64,000 nucleotides of DNA from an uncultured Alphaproteobacteria bacterium (GCA_963808205.1 CAWEER010000005.1:402835-466834); one strand, 5' to 3'; positions 1 through 11,156 are shown, counted from the first letter of the stretch. Numbers and translations are program-made. The notes: generated from the sequence alone by a model not told the origin.

Positions 1-296
1 CCGCCGAACAGCGCATAGATGATCGTCGGCTTGACCTTGATGAAGGTCGCGTCGTGCAGGATCAATGTCAGGCTGCCGAACACGACGACAATGACCGCGG
101 TGACGATTGCCATGATCGGAAAGTGCCGCGTCAGCACGTAGGAAACCGCAAGCGCCGCGATGATCGCAACCATGAATGCCGCGGTGGCGGTGAATATCCC
201 GTAATGCGAATTGGCGAAGAAGAAAACGAGCAGCGGCCCGAGATCGAGCACGAGCTTGAGAACAGGATTGAGTTGCGGTTTTGGCGGTGCTGTCAT
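1..296 (-). CDS. yciB: Intracellular septation protein A (YciB/IspZ family), 5' part; gene runs off the left edge
   Basis: Minus-strand ATG at 296-294. Translation [65 protein letters not shown]...[15 protein letters not shown] is multi-TM and matches my recollection of YciB N-termini. It stays open to the window edge, so it is absent from the ORF track. Confidence 0.7.
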   Translation of the reverse strand, partial: MTAPPKPQLNPVLKLVLDLGPLLVFFFANSHYGIFTATAAFMVAIIAALAVSYVLTRHFPIMAIVTAVIVVVFGSLTLILHDATFIKVKPTIIYALFG

Positions 297-335
297 GGCG
301 GGGCTCTTACTGTGGTCGCGGCACGGGCTCAACCG

Positions 336-1289
336 TCATGGCGCGGAGAGCCCGACCATGGCGCGGGCGAAATCGCGCGCCGTAAACGGCGCCAGGTCGT
401 CGACGCCTTCGCCGACGCCGATGAAATGCACCGGCACATTGAACTTCGCGGCGATGGCGACGAGGATGCCGCCGCGCGCGGTGCCGTCGAGCTTGGTCAT
501 GACAAGACCGGTGACGCCGACGACCTTCGTGAAAATCTCGACCTGCGACAGCGCGTTTTGTCCGACGGTGGCGTCGAGCACCAGCAGCACCGCGTGCGGC
601 GCCGTGGCGTCGACTTTCCGGATGACGCGGACGATCTTTTGCAGTTCATCCATCAGTTCGGCGCGGTTCTGCAGCCGGCCCGCGGTGTCGATCAGGACAA
701 CGTCAGTTCCTTGTTGTTTGGCCTCTGCGAGCGCATCGAAGGCGAGACCCGCGGCATCGGCGCCGGCGCCGCGCGCAACGAAAGCCGCTCCCGTGCGCTC
801 CGACCAGATTTTGAGCTGCTCGATCGCGGCGGCGCGAAACGTGTCGCCGGCGGCCAGCATGACGGTGCGGCCTTCGGCGCGCATTTTCGCCGCAAGCTTG
901 CCGATGGTCGTTGTCTTGCCCGACCCGTTGACGCCGGCGACGAGGATGACGAAGGGCTTTTTCAAAGGATCGATCGCGAGCGGCTGCGCAACCGGCATGA
1001 GCATCTTTTCAACTTCCGCCGCGACCACCGCCTTCACTTCGTCAGGTGTTATCGCGGCGTCGTGACGCCCTTCCGTCAGTCTCGCGGTAATACGGTCTGC
1101 ACCATCAAGCCCGAGGTCGGACTGGACCAGCGCATCGTGGATTTCGACGAGCGTCGCGTCGTCGAGTCTGCGCTTGGTGACGAGATCGGTGATCGCGCCG
1201 AGCGCGGATGAGCTGCGCTTGAGGCCGCCGCTGAGGCGCTGCCACCAGGTTCCGGCGGTTTGGTCCGTGTCGGCGGTGCTGTCGTTCAT
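336..1289 (-). CDS. ftsY: Signal recognition particle receptor FtsY
   Basis: ORF 336..1340. SRP-GTPase motifs GVNGSGKTTTIGKLA, DTAGRL, TKLDGTARGG. The likely start is ATG 1289 (MNDSTADTD), not the upstream start of the ORF. Confidence 0.93.
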   Translation of the reverse strand: MNDSTADTDQTAGTWWQRLSGGLKRSSSALGAITDLVTKRRLDDATLVEIHDALVQSDLGLDGADRITARLTEGRHDAAITPDEVKAVVAAEVEKMLMPVAQPLAIDPLKKPFVILVAGVNGSGKTTTIGKLAAKMRAEGRTVMLAAGDTFRAAAIEQLKIWSERTGAAFVARGAGADAAGLAFDALAEAKQQGTDVVLIDTAGRLQNRAELMDELQKIVRVIRKVDATAPHAVLLVLDATVGQNALSQVEIFTKVVGVTGLVMTKLDGTARGGILVAIAAKFNVPVHFIGVGEGVDDLAPFTARDFARAMVGLSAP

Positions 1290-1339
1290 CCCGGTAACAT
1301 TGTCGGTGGTGCGGCGCCCGTGATAGCGGTTTCGGCACA

Positions 1340-2113
1340 ATGCCGAAAGAGATGACCCAGGAAGAGATGATGTCGCGGCTGCTCTACCGCGACGGGCTCA
1401 TGCTGATAATCGACAAGCCGGCCGGACTCTCGGTGCATCGCGGCCCCAAGGGCGGCGCCAGCCTCGAAGACTATTTTGACATGCTGCGCTTTGGGCTGCC
1501 GCGCGCGCCCGCACTGGCGCATCGGCTCGATCGCGATACGTCCGGATGCCTTGTCCTTGGCCGCCACCGCAAGGCGCTGGCGGCGCTCGGCAAGCGGTTT
1601 CGCAACGGCCTGATCGACAAGACCTACTGGGCCGTGGTCGAGGGTACGCCGGACGGCGACGAGGGCGAGATCGCGCTGCCGCTGGGCCGCCTCGACGCCA
1701 CGCGCGGCTGGTGGATGAAGCACGATCCGCAGGGCCAGCCCGCCGTGACCCGATGGAAGGTGCTGGGACGCGCGCCCTCGCGATCCCTGACGTGGCTCGG
1801 CCTTGAGCCGCTGACCGGACGGACGCATCAGCTTCGCGTCCACTGCGCGGAGATGGGCTGGCCGATCCTCGGCGATCCGGTTTACGGCACGGCGCCGCGG
1901 CAGGACGGCCCGCCGCTGCATCTGCACGCCCGCGAGATCGCCGTGCCGCTCTACAAGAACCATGAACCGATCCGCGCCGTGGCGCCGATACCGGAGCATC
2001 TGCGCGAGCGCCTCACACTGTGTGGCTGGAACGGCAGCGAAACACCGGCGCCGTCATCGCTCGGTTCGGGCGAAGCGCGCGCCGCAACGGCGATCAGTAA
2101 ATCGTCTCTTTGA
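1340..2113 (+). CDS. RluA-family pseudouridine synthase
   Basis: ORF 1340..2113. Catalytic motif HRLDRDTSGCLVLG. Alternative ATGs at 1367/1370 sit behind AGGAAG, so the start is uncertain. Confidence 0.85.
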   Translation: MPKEMTQEEMMSRLLYRDGLMLIIDKPAGLSVHRGPKGGASLEDYFDMLRFGLPRAPALAHRLDRDTSGCLVLGRHRKALAALGKRFRNGLIDKTYWAVVEGTPDGDEGEIALPLGRLDATRGWWMKHDPQGQPAVTRWKVLGRAPSRSLTWLGLEPLTGRTHQLRVHCAEMGWPILGDPVYGTAPRQDGPPLHLHAREIAVPLYKNHEPIRAVAPIPEHLRERLTLCGWNGSETPAPSSLGSGEARAATAISKSSL

Positions 2114-2726
2114 TCCGTTCCGGGGCGCGGCGGTCATGGTCCGGGCCGCCCATCTTGCCATCGCTCAATTCAGCGAGGATCGACCCGGGCGTCGGCAAGG
2201 TCTTGCGGTCGACCTTGCTTGCCGGATCCCACAGCTTCGAGCGAATGATCGCCTTGGTGCACTGGAAATAGGCTTTCTCCACCGTCACGGCCAGGACGCA
2301 TTTCGGCACCTTGCCGTTCATCGCGAAGCTTTCGGTGAGCGCCGGATCGGTGGAAATTCTGGCGGTGCCATTGATCCGCATCGTCTCGCCGACGCCGGGA
2401 ATGAGAAACAACAGTGAGATACGCGGATCGCGCACCAGGTTGCGCAGACTGTCGATACGGTTATTGCCGCGGCGATCAGGGATGAGAAGCGTCTTTTCGT
2501 CCAGCACGCGAATAAAGCCGGGCGGATCGCCGCGCGGCGAGCAATCGAGGCCCTCGGGACCGCTGGTCGCGAGCACAACGAACGGCGCGGCTTCGATCAG
2601 CTTGCGATATTGCGGCGTGATGTGATCGGCCTCCTTGACGAGCGCCGGACCGTAGGGCGTGTCGCTGTAGAGACTTTCGAGCTGCTGCGTCGTCGATATC
2701 GTGAAGCTCTGCCCGTCCCCGTCCAT
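2094..2726 (-). CDS. Pyridoxamine 5'-phosphate oxidase-family (split-barrel FMN-binding) protein
   Basis: ORF 2094..2750. The segment APFVVLATSGPEGLDCSPRGDPPGF...IPDRRGNNRIDSLRNL...MRINGTA is typical of PPOX-class proteins. ATG 2726 is preceded by GGAG; the 2750 start is TTG. Confidence 0.75.
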   Translation of the reverse strand: MDGDGQSFTISTTQQLESLYSDTPYGPALVKEADHITPQYRKLIEAAPFVVLATSGPEGLDCSPRGDPPGFIRVLDEKTLLIPDRRGNNRIDSLRNLVRDPRISLLFLIPGVGETMRINGTARISTDPALTESFAMNGKVPKCVLAVTVEKAYFQCTKAIIRSKLWDPASKVDRKTLPTPGSILAELSDGKMGGPDHDRRAPERIKETIY

Positions 2727-2773
2727 CGTGCGGACTCCGATTTGGCGCAATCCGATCCCGGGGCAATACTACA

Positions 2774-4030
2774 CTAAGCCGCCAGCAATTGCCGCCCGTC
2801 ATGCGCGGTTATTTTCAGATCGTGCACCGTTCCGGGCTCGGCCGCACACGCGAGTTTCACCGGTGTGAACTGCTCGGTACGGCCAATTCCGCGCAACTCC
2901 GCCAGGACACGCCGCACGGCGCCGACCTCGCCGTCGAGATGGCGGTGAAGCGCCAGCGCTCCGCGTTCGCGCAAACGCCGGGCTCGCTCTTTGATGACGG
3001 CGCCATCGAGTTGCGGCATCCGCGCCGCCGGCGTACCCGGCCGCGCCGAGAACGGAAAGACATGCAGATGCGTCAGCGCGCACACCTCGACCAGGTCGAG
3101 CGAATTCCGGAACATCGCTTCGGTCTCGGTCGGAAAGCCCACGATCAGATCGGCGCCGAAAACCGTGTCGGGCCGCAATCGCCGCACCGTCGCGCAAAAA
3201 TCGATTGCATCGCGGCGCAGATGCCGCCGCTTCATGCGCTTGAGGATGAGATCGTCGCCGGATTGCAGCGACAGATGCAGATGCGGCATCAGCCGGAAAT
3301 CTGCCGCGAAGGCATCAAGCAGATCGTGATCGGCCTCGACGAAATCGATCGAGGACAGCCGCAGGCGCTTGAGCTCCGGCACGTGCTTGAGGATCTGCTT
3401 TACCAGCACACCGAGTTTCGGCTCGCCGGGAAGATCGCCGCCATAGCTCGTGATATCGACGCCGGTGAGCACGATCTCGCAATAGCCGTTGGCGACCAGC
3501 CGGCGCACGTCTTCGACCACGGCTCCCATCGGGACCGAGCGTGAATTGCCGCGGCCGAAGGGAATGATGCAAAACGTGCAGCGGTGATCGCAGCCGTTCT
3601 GCACCTGGACGAAGGCGCGCGTGCGCCCGGCAAAGCTGTCGACCAGATGTGCCGCGGTGTCCCTGACCGCCATGATGTCGTTGACGATCGCCTTCGGCGC
3701 ATCATCGGCATCGAAAGCCGCGCGCGCTTTGGCCCATCCCGCCGCGGAAAGCTTTTCGCCGTTGCCGAGCACGCGGTCGGCCTCGGGCATGGCGATGAAA
3801 GTCTGGGGCTCGGTCTGCGCCGCGCAGCCGGTGACGACGATCCTCGCCTGCGGCCGCTCGCGGCGCAATGCCCGGATCGTCTGGCGCGCCTGCCGCACCG
3901 CTTCCGCGGTCACCGCACAGGTATTGACGACCACCGTGTCCGTGAAACCGGCCTGTTCCGCCTCGCGGCGGATCACTTCGGATTCGGCGGCATTGAGCCG
4001 GCAGCCGAAAGTGACGACATCGACGCTCAT
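2774..4030 (-). CDS. mtaB: tRNA methylthiotransferase MtaB (MiaB-like radical SAM enzyme)
   Basis: ORF 2774..4237. Radical-SAM motif CDHRCTFC, plus N-terminal VVTFGCRLNAAESE and VVNTCAVT. ATG 4030 (MSVDVVTFGC) is the likely start. The upstream 69 codons are Arg-rich shadow overlapping dapF. Confidence 0.88.
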   Translation of the reverse strand: MSVDVVTFGCRLNAAESEVIRREAEQAGFTDTVVVNTCAVTAEAVRQARQTIRALRRERPQARIVVTGCAAQTEPQTFIAMPEADRVLGNGEKLSAAGWAKARAAFDADDAPKAIVNDIMAVRDTAAHLVDSFAGRTRAFVQVQNGCDHRCTFCIIPFGRGNSRSVPMGAVVEDVRRLVANGYCEIVLTGVDITSYGGDLPGEPKLGVLVKQILKHVPELKRLRLSSIDFVEADHDLLDAFAADFRLMPHLHLSLQSGDDLILKRMKRRHLRRDAIDFCATVRRLRPDTVFGADLIVGFPTETEAMFRNSLDLVEVCALTHLHVFPFSARPGTPAARMPQLDGAVIKERARRLRERGALALHRHLDGEVGAVRRVLAELRGIGRTEQFTPVKLACAAEPGTVHDLKITAHDGRQLLAA

Positions 4031-4032
4031 CG

Positions 4033-4899
4033 TCACACCGCTCCCGCGCCGGCTGACAAGGCAGCGGCGAAGCGGCCTTTGTGCTCGAAAGCGACCGGGC
4101 CGGTCATCAGAACATGGTCGTCGCTGTCGCGCCATTCGATGGCGAGATCGCCGCCCGGTAAAGTGACCGTCACCTTGCGGCCGGTGCGGTTGAGCCGCGC
4201 CGCGGCGACGGCGGCGGCGCACGCGGCCGTGCCGCAAGCCTGGGTGAGGCCGGCGCCGCGCTCCCAGGTGCGGATCACGATGTGATCGCGTGTCGGCGTC
4301 GCGGCGAGCGTGATGTTGGCGCGTTCCGGGAACATCGGATGGTTTTCAAGGAGTGGACCGAGCCGGGCGAGATCGAAGGCCGCCGGATCGTCCACCCAGA
4401 AGATCGCGTGCGGGTTGCCCATGCTGACGACGGAGGGCGAATGCAGGACCGGCGCGCCGCGCGGCCCGATTTCAAGTTCGATGGCGCGCGTATCGGCGAA
4501 TTCTTCCGCCAGCGGAATCTCGTCCCAGCGCAGGCGGGGCCGTCCCATGTCGACCGTGAACAAGCCGTTGTCCGCCCGCTTGCAGACAATGATTCCCGCA
4601 GCCGTCTCAAACTTCAGTTCGGCATGGCCGGTTTCCGCACTGACCAATGCGGCAACGCAGCGCATGCCGTTGCCGCAGGCGCCTGCTTCCGATCCGTCAT
4701 TGTTGTAGATGCGGATTGCAGCGTCGCCGCCGCCCCGCGCGGGATAGAGCGCCATGAGCTGGTCGTAGGGTTCTTGCTGCGCCGCCGCACGCGCTTCGGC
4801 GGCGGCAATCGATTGCGGCGCACGGCGTAAATCCACGACGACGATCTCGTTGCCGAGGCCGTTCATCTTGACGAAATCGCGATCCGCCAGCGCGCCCAT
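4033..4899 (-). CDS. dapF: Diaminopimelate epimerase
   Basis: ORF 4033..4935. Motifs [19 protein letters not shown] and ACGTAA (the two catalytic Cys contexts). ATG 4899 is preferred over the TTG at 4935. The stop lies 2 nt before the mtaB start. Confidence 0.92.
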   Translation of the reverse strand: MGALADRDFVKMNGLGNEIVVVDLRRAPQSIAAAEARAAAQQEPYDQLMALYPARGGGDAAIRIYNNDGSEAGACGNGMRCVAALVSAETGHAELKFETAAGIIVCKRADNGLFTVDMGRPRLRWDEIPLAEEFADTRAIELEIGPRGAPVLHSPSVVSMGNPHAIFWVDDPAAFDLARLGPLLENHPMFPERANITLAATPTRDHIVIRTWERGAGLTQACGTAACAAAVAAARLNRTGRKVTVTLPGGDLAIEWRDSDDHVLMTGPVAFEHKGRFAAALSAGAGAV

Positions 4900-5118
4900 G
4901 ATCGAGCCTGCAATCAAGCCTGCAAAATAGTCCAAATGCGAAGGACTTATATGAGAACTTGCGCGTCATGCGCCAGTGGCGGCGCCTGACGGCAATTTGG
5001 GCAAGGCGGGATTCCGCAGGACGTGCTAGAATTACGCCGGGGACGATGGATGACAAAGCGGTGGCGCGGCCGCGGGCGCCGGATCGCTTGTTCGAGGGGA
5101 GCCCCGGAAGTGACGACC

Positions 5119-5763
5119 ATGTCGACCCGTTTCGCGCTGCGCGCCGGTATGGCTGGCGCGGCGCTCGCCCTGATCCTGGTGCTGGCGGTTCCACAGCCGT
5201 CTTGGGCGCAGACAGCCGCGCCGCCGGACGCTTCCACGCCGTCACCACCCGCTCCTCAGGCCAGTCCCGCCCAGCCGGGCGATCCGTTCGGCGAGGATAC
5301 GACGCTGTCCGCAAAAACCATCGTTTACGTGAAAGGAAGCGGAACCTGGGACAAGGCCTTCGGCACCATCAGCGCCTCGTTCAGGAAGATCAATACCTAT
5401 CTCGACAAGGAAGGCATCAAGTCCGCGGGCCTGCCGATGACCATCTTCACGGCGACCGATGATAACGGTTTCGACTACGAAGCCGCGGTGCCGATCGCCG
5501 AAGCGCCCAAAAACCCGCCGCATGGCGAAATTGCGCTGGGCCAGTCTCCGGAAGGCCACGCACTCAAATTCGTGCATCGCGGCTCCTATGACGATCTCGA
5601 CAATACCTATGAGGCGATCACCAATTATCTTGACGACAAGCGCCTCGAGGCCAAGGACATGTTCATCGAGGAATATGTGACCGATCCGGTGGGCGCGGAC
5701 CCGGGTAAACTGGTCGTCAACGTCTATGTCCTGATCAAGCCCGGCCAGCCTTCACCCGGTTGA
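5119..5763 (+). CDS. Exported GyrI-like / SRPBCC small-molecule-binding domain protein
   Basis: ORF 5023..5763. ATG 5119 sits behind GGAAG. Signal peptide MSTRFALRAGMAGAALALILVLAVPQPSWAQ is followed by an Ala/Pro linker. The domain ...YVKGSGTWDKAFGTI...FVHRGSYDDLDNTYEAITNYL...EEYVTDP resembles GyrI-like effector-binding folds. Confidence 0.65.
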   Translation: MSTRFALRAGMAGAALALILVLAVPQPSWAQTAAPPDASTPSPPAPQASPAQPGDPFGEDTTLSAKTIVYVKGSGTWDKAFGTISASFRKINTYLDKEGIKSAGLPMTIFTATDDNGFDYEAAVPIAEAPKNPPHGEIALGQSPEGHALKFVHRGSYDDLDNTYEAITNYLDDKRLEAKDMFIEEYVTDPVGADPGKLVVNVYVLIKPGQPSPG

Positions 5764-5898
5764 CGGCGGCAGGGTCCGCCCCTATTTTCCGCCCGCTCTC
5801 GCAAGAGACCGATTTTGCCAATCCGCCGACCGGCCCCAGAGACCGGAGGCTACCGCCCGACAGCGCTATGCGCCCTCGGGCGCCAAAGGCGCATTTAG

Positions 5899-7443
5899 AT
5901 GTTCGAAAGCCTTACCGAACGCCTGAGCGGCATCCTCGACGGCCTGACGCGGCGCGGCGCGCTGTCGGAAGCCGACGTCGATGCCGCGCTGCGCGAGGTC
6001 CGCCGCGCGCTCCTTGAAGCCGACGTGGCGCTCGAGGTCGCGCGCAGCTTCACCGAACAGGTCAGGCAGCGCGCGGTCGGCGTCGAGGTGATCAAATCGG
6101 TCACGCCCGGCCAGATGGTCGTGAAGATCGTGCACGACCAGCTGATCGAGATTTTGGGATCCGGCGCGCAGCCGATCGACCTCAATGCGCCGGCGCCCAT
6201 TGTCATCATGATGGTCGGCTTGCAGGGCTCGGGCAAAACCACGACCACTGCCAAGATCGCGAAACGGCTGACCGATGCCGCCAAGCGCAAAGTGCTGATG
6301 GCCTCGCTCGATACACGGCGGCCGGCCGCCATGGAGCAGCTCGCGGTGCTCGGCCGCCAGATCAGCGTCGAGACGCTTCCCGTCGTTGAGGGACAGTCGC
6401 CGGTGCAGATTGCCGCGCGCGCGCAGCAGGCGGCGCGGCTCGGCGGCTACGACGTCGTGATGCTCGACACTGCCGGCCGGCTCTCGCTTGACGAGGCGTT
6501 GATGAGCGAGGCCGCAGAAGTGCGGCGCGCCACCACGCCGCACGAAGTGCTGCTCGTCGCCGACGCGCTGACCGGGCAGGACGCCGTCACGCTGGCGAAA
6601 AGTTTCGACGAGCGGCTTGGCCTCACCGGCATCGTGCTCACGCGCGTCGATGGCGACGGCCGCGGCGGCGCAGCCCTTTCCATGCGCGCGGTAACCGGCA
6701 AGCCGATCAAGCTCATCGGCACTGGCGAAAAACTCGACGCGCTCGAGGATTTTTATCCGCAGCGCATCGCCGACCGCATTCTCGGCATGGGTGACATCAT
6801 TTCGCTCGTCGAGAAAGCCGCAACGACCATCGACGCCGAGAAGGCGGCGCGCGTTGCCGCGAAGATGCGCAAGGGCTCCTTCGATCTTGCGGATCTGCGG
6901 GAACAACTGGAGCAGATGCAGAACATGGGCGGCATGAGCGGGCTGATGTCGATGCTGCCGGGCGTCGCCAAGATCAAGAACCAGCTCGCCGAGCGCAATC
7001 TCGATGAAACCGTGCTCAAGCGGCAGATGGCGATCATCAATTCGATGACGCCGGGCGAACGCCGCCATCCGGACGTGCTCAAGGCGAGCCGCAAGCGCCG
7101 CATCGCCGCGGGCTCCGGCACAAAACCTGAAGACATCAACCGGCTGCTCAAAATGCACCGCACCATGGGCGACGTGATGAAGGCCGTGGGCGGCGCCAAG
7201 CGCGGGCCGATGGCGGGCCTCGCCAATATGCTGGGCATGGGCAGCGGCGGCATGCCGAGCCCGGAAGAGATGGCGAAGCTCGCGGAGAAAATGCCGGGCG
7301 GCCTGCCGCCCGGAATGCCCGGTGCGCCCGGCGTCCCCCGCCTGCCGCCGGCAATGCCGGGCCTGCCGCCGAATTTTCCGGGACTGCCCGGCCTTGGTCC
7401 AAAATTTCCCGGCGGTCTACCCGGGCTGGGAAAAAAGAAGTGA
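5899..7443 (+). CDS. ffh: Signal recognition particle protein Ffh
   Basis: GLQGSGKTTTTAKIA, DTAGRL, TRVDGDGRGGAA, a Met-rich M domain, and a Pro/Gly-rich tail. Confidence 0.97.
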   Translation: MFESLTERLSGILDGLTRRGALSEADVDAALREVRRALLEADVALEVARSFTEQVRQRAVGVEVIKSVTPGQMVVKIVHDQLIEILGSGAQPIDLNAPAPIVIMMVGLQGSGKTTTTAKIAKRLTDAAKRKVLMASLDTRRPAAMEQLAVLGRQISVETLPVVEGQSPVQIAARAQQAARLGGYDVVMLDTAGRLSLDEALMSEAAEVRRATTPHEVLLVADALTGQDAVTLAKSFDERLGLTGIVLTRVDGDGRGGAALSMRAVTGKPIKLIGTGEKLDALEDFYPQRIADRILGMGDIISLVEKAATTIDAEKAARVAAKMRKGSFDLADLREQLEQMQNMGGMSGLMSMLPGVAKIKNQLAERNLDETVLKRQMAIINSMTPGERRHPDVLKASRKRRIAAGSGTKPEDINRLLKMHRTMGDVMKAVGGAKRGPMAGLANMLGMGSGGMPSPEEMAKLAEKMPGGLPPGMPGAPGVPRLPPAMPGLPPNFPGLPGLGPKFPGGLPGLGKKK

Positions 7444-7490
7444 AACTATTCAACCACACGTCATCATCAGACCTAACGAAAGGACACTAA

Positions 7491-7874
7491 ATGCTCGTCA
7501 TCCGCATGGCCCGCGCCGGTACCAAGAAGCGGCCGGTCTATCACATCGTCGTCGCCGACAGCCGCAGCCCGCGCGACGGCCGCTTCATCGAACGGCTCGG
7601 TTATTTCAATCCGCTGCTGCCAAAGGACAAGACCGACCGGCTGAAGTGGGACGTGGAAAAAGCCAAGGCCTGGATCGCCAAGGGTGCGCAGCCTTCGGAC
7701 CGCGTCATGCGCTTTCTCGACGCCGCCGGCGTGATGAAGCGCACCGCGCGCAACAATCCGGAAAAGGCCGTTCCACGCAAAGAGCGCAAGGCCAAGGAAG
7801 AAGCGGCCAAAGCCGCCGCGGCCGCGGCGCCGGCTGCCGCGAAGCCCGCCGCGGAAGCAGCACCGGCGAGCTAA
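7491..7874 (+). CDS. rpsP: 30S ribosomal protein S16 with Ala/Lys-rich C-terminal extension
   Basis: [50 protein letters not shown] lies upstream. The gene sits in the ffh-rpsP-rimM-trmD-rplS order. Confidence 0.96.
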   Translation: MLVIRMARAGTKKRPVYHIVVADSRSPRDGRFIERLGYFNPLLPKDKTDRLKWDVEKAKAWIAKGAQPSDRVMRFLDAAGVMKRTARNNPEKAVPRKERKAKEEAAKAAAAAAPAAAKPAAEAAPAS

Positions 7875-7892
7875 CCGCCCGAAGGACGAACG

Positions 7893-8402
7893 ATGGCCGG
7901 CGGCGCGCGCGTCTGTTTGGGACAAATCGGCGCCGCCCACGGCGTGCGCGGCGAGGTCCGTCTGCATTCTTTTACTGCGGACCCTGCCGCTATTCTCAAT
8001 TACGGCCCGCTTGAGACCGAGGACGGCCGCTCGATCGAGATCGAAACGATGCGGCCGGCCAAGGACCATTTCGTGGCACGGCTCGCAGGCGTCGGCGACC
8101 GCGATGCCGCCGCTCGTTTGGTCAACGTCAAACTCTACGTGCCGCGCGAGCGATTGCCGGAGACCAGCGAACCCGACGAATATTACCACGCCGATCTGAT
8201 CGGCCTGGCGATCGTCGACGGCGCCGGACAAAAGCGCGGCACGCTTGTCGCAGTCCACAATTTCGGCGCCGGCGATCTGATCGAGATCCGGCTCGACGAC
8301 AGCAACAAGACGGAATTGCTGCCGTTCGACGCGGCGACCGTGCAGAAAGTCGATCTCGCGGCCGGCCACATGGTCGTCGCACTGCCCGAGGAGCGCGATT
8401 AG
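7893..8402 (+). CDS. rimM: 16S rRNA processing protein RimM
   Basis: [15 protein letters not shown]...YYHADLIGL..., positioned between rpsP and trmD. Confidence 0.92.
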   Translation: MAGGARVCLGQIGAAHGVRGEVRLHSFTADPAAILNYGPLETEDGRSIEIETMRPAKDHFVARLAGVGDRDAAARLVNVKLYVPRERLPETSEPDEYYHADLIGLAIVDGAGQKRGTLVAVHNFGAGDLIEIRLDDSNKTELLPFDAATVQKVDLAAGHMVVALPEERD

Positions 8403-8403
8403 C

Positions 8404-9183
8404 ATGTGGCGGGCGGGCGTCCTCACGATATTTCCGGAAATGTTTCCCGGCCCCCTTGGAACAAGCCTCGCCGGCAAGGCGCTGGCCGCGAAATCCTGGT
8501 CGCTTGAGATCGCCGATATCCGTTCGGCCGCGACCGACAGGCACCGCAGCGTCGACGACACGCCGGCCGGCGGCGGCCCCGGCATGGTGATGAAGGCCGA
8601 TGTGCTTGGCCGCGCCATCGACTCTGTAGCGGCCGATGCGCGTCCGCGTCTTCTCATGTCGCCCCGCGGCGCGCCGCTGACGCAGGCGCGGGTCGCCGAA
8701 CTCAGCCGCGGCGACGGCATCGTCATCGTCTGTGGCCGCTTCGAGGGCATCGACGAGCGCGTCATCGCCGCGCGCAACCTCGAAGAGGTCTCCGTCGGAG
8801 ATTACGTGCTGTCCGGCGGCGAGATCGCCGCCATGGCGCTGATTGACGCCTGCGTGCGGCTGCTTCCGGGCGTCATGGGCACGGCCGCTTCAGCCGCCGA
8901 GGAGAGCTTTGCCGACGGCTTGCTGGAATATCCGCACTATACCCGCCCCCAGGTCTGGGAGGGCCAGCCAATCCCGCCGGTACTGCTTTCAGGCGACCAC
9001 GCCAGGATCGCGGACTGGCGCCGCGCCGAGGCGGAACGGCTGACCCGTGAGCGCAGGCCGGATTTATGGACGCGGCATTCGGGGGCGCCGGCAAAGCCGT
9101 CAAACCCGGGGTCCATAAACCTTGACGGTGACTACGGATTCCGGCCCGGCGTCGCCGGGACCTCCCGGAATGACGATGAGTGA
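8404..9183 (+). CDS. trmD: tRNA (guanine37-N1)-methyltransferase
   Basis: [13 protein letters not shown]...[13 protein letters not shown]...[11 protein letters not shown]...[11 protein letters not shown]. Confidence 0.95.
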   Translation: MWRAGVLTIFPEMFPGPLGTSLAGKALAAKSWSLEIADIRSAATDRHRSVDDTPAGGGPGMVMKADVLGRAIDSVAADARPRLLMSPRGAPLTQARVAELSRGDGIVIVCGRFEGIDERVIAARNLEEVSVGDYVLSGGEIAAMALIDACVRLLPGVMGTAASAAEESFADGLLEYPHYTRPQVWEGQPIPPVLLSGDHARIADWRRAEAERLTRERRPDLWTRHSGAPAKPSNPGSINLDGDYGFRPGVAGTSRNDDE

Positions 9184-9285
9184 CCGGAGGGTGACAAAGT
9201 CCGCGCGGTGTAATAGAAGCTCGCCCAACCCGTGCAGAACCGGCCGGAACGGCGCGACGCAAGCGCAGCCGATGGAGAATTCGCC

Positions 9286-9690
9286 ATGAACCTGATCAAA
9301 GAAATCGAAAACGAACAGATCGCGAAGCTTTCCGCGGCAAGGGCAATCCCCGATTTCCAGCCGGGCGATACGCTCATCGTCAACGTCAAGATCGTCGAGG
9401 GCGAGCGCAGCCGCGTTCAGGCCTATGAAGGCGTCTGCATCGGCCGCTCCGGCGGGGGGCTCAACGAGAGCTTCACCGTGCGCAAGATTTCCTACGGCGA
9501 GGGCGTCGAGCGCGTCTTCCCGCTCTATTCGCCGATGATCGATTCCATCACGGTCACGCGCCGCGGCAAGGTACGCCGCGCCAAGCTCTATTACCTGCGC
9601 GGCCGTCGCGGCAAATCCGCCCGCATTTTCGAGCGGCAGGAGCACACCGCCGAAGGTGCCGCCGCCGCGAGCAAGGCGGCAAAGTCGTAA
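9286..9690 (+). CDS. rplS: 50S ribosomal protein L19
   Basis: ORF 9232..9690. ATG 9286 sits behind [15 protein letters not shown]...[29 protein letters not shown]...[21 protein letters not shown]. Confidence 0.95.
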   Translation: MNLIKEIENEQIAKLSAARAIPDFQPGDTLIVNVKIVEGERSRVQAYEGVCIGRSGGGLNESFTVRKISYGEGVERVFPLYSPMIDSITVTRRGKVRRAKLYYLRGRRGKSARIFERQEHTAEGAAAASKAAKS

Positions 9691-9749
9691 CAATCCGCCG
9701 CGGCGCGACTATATTCCGTCCAGGCGCCGACGTTTCCTGAGTTCGTGAC

Positions 9750-11156
9750 ATGACGAAGCCCCGCACCCTCTACGACAAGATCTGGGACGATCATGTGATC
9801 GAGGAGGAGCCGAACGGCGCTTCCCTCATCTATATCGATCGCCACATCGTGCATGAAGTGACGAGCCCGCAGGCTTTCGAAGGCCTGCGGCTTGCCGGCC
9901 GGCGGGTGCGCGCGCCGGACAAGACGCTGCTCGTCGTCGACCACAATGTGCCGACGACGAACCGGCATCTGCCTAATCCCGATCCGGAAAGCGAAGCACA
10001 GATCAAATATCTCGCCGAAAATGCGAAATTCTTCGATCTCGAATATTACGACGAGTTCGACAAGCGGCAGGGCATCGTCCACATCATCGGACCGGAGCAG
10101 GGTTTTACGCTGCCGGGCGTGACGCTTGTCTGCGGCGACAGCCACACCGCGACCAACGGCGCCTTCGGCGCGCTCGCCTACGGCATCGGCACTTCCGAAG
10201 TCGAGCATGTGCTGGCGACACAGACGCTGGTCCAGCAGAAATCGATGAACATGCGCGCGATCGTCGACGGCAAGCTGCCGCCCGGCGTCACCGCAAAGGA
10301 CATCATCCTTGCCATCATCGGCGAGATCGGCACCGCCGGCGGCACCGGCTATGCGCTGGAATATGCCGGCGAGGCGATCCGCGCGCTGTCGATGGAAGGC
10401 CGCATGACGGTCTGCAATATGTCGGTCGAGGCCGGCGCCAAGGCAGGCTTCATCGCGCCCGACGAAAAAACCTACGTCTATCTGAAGGATCGTCCCAAAT
10501 CCCCCAAAGGCAAGGATTGGGACGCTGCGTTGCGCTACTGGGAAACGCTGCAATCCGAGGACGGCGCGCATTTCGACCGTGAGATAAAGCTCGACGCCGC
10601 CAAATTGCCGCCGCTGGTCACCTGGGGCACCAGCCCCGAGCAGGTGATTTCAGTGACCGGCCGCGTGCCGGGTCTCGAAGGTATCGCGGACGAACGCAAG
10701 CGCGAGGCCATCGAACGCGCGCTGAACTATATGGGATTAAAGGGCGGCGAGAAGATTTCCGATATCGCGATCAACCGCGTGTTCATCGGCTCCTGCACCA
10801 ATGCGCGCATCGAAGACCTGCGCGAAGTCGCCAAAGTTGTCGACGGCAAGTCGGTCAATGCCAATGTCAACGCGATGATCGTGCCGGGCTCCGGGCTGGT
10901 CAAAGAGCAGGCCGAAACCGAGGGTCTCGACAAGATTTTCGTCAAGGCCGGCTTCGAGTGGCGCGAGCCAGGCTGCTCGATGTGCCTTGCGATGAATCCC
11001 GACAAGCTCGCGCCCGGCGAGCGCTGCGCCTCGACCTCGAACCGCAATTTCGAGGGCCGTCAGGGCTACAAGGGCCGCACCCACCTCGTCTCGCCGGCCA
11101 TGGCCGCCGCCGCCGCGATCGCGGGGCATTTCGTCGACGTGCGGGAGTGGCGTTGA
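9750..11156 (+). CDS. leuC: 3-isopropylmalate dehydratase large subunit
   Basis: [11 protein letters not shown]...[14 protein letters not shown]...VCGDSHT...[11 protein letters not shown]...[10 protein letters not shown] (aconitase-family Fe-S ligands). Confidence 0.97.
   Translation: MTKPRTLYDKIWDDHVIEEEPNGASLIYIDRHIVHEVTSPQAFEGLRLAGRRVRAPDKTLLVVDHNVPTTNRHLPNPDPESEAQIKYLAENAKFFDLEYYDEFDKRQGIVHIIGPEQGFTLPGVTLVCGDSHTATNGAFGALAYGIGTSEVEHVLATQTLVQQKSMNMRAIVDGKLPPGVTAKDIILAIIGEIGTAGGTGYALEYAGEAIRALSMEGRMTVCNMSVEAGAKAGFIAPDEKTYVYLKDRPKSPKGKDWDAALRYWETLQSEDGAHFDREIKLDAAKLPPLVTWGTSPEQVISVTGRVPGLEGIADERKREAIERALNYMGLKGGEKISDIAINRVFIGSCTNARIEDLREVAKVVDGKSVNANVNAMIVPGSGLVKEQAETEGLDKIFVKAGFEWREPGCSMCLAMNPDKLAPGERCASTSNRNFEGRQGYKGRTHLVSPAMAAAAAIAGHFVDVREWR

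Noticed and set aside
54-1211. Long ORFs antisense to or overlapping confirmed genes. Examples: 54-1211, 5866-7158, 7473-8777, 9591-10571, 27634-28671, 42937-44040, 46498-47547, 56511-57554.
   Set aside because: Their translations are Arg/Ala/Gly/Pro-rich with no motifs. Each lies opposite or out of frame with a gene that has clear family signatures. These are typical shadow ORFs in high-GC DNA.
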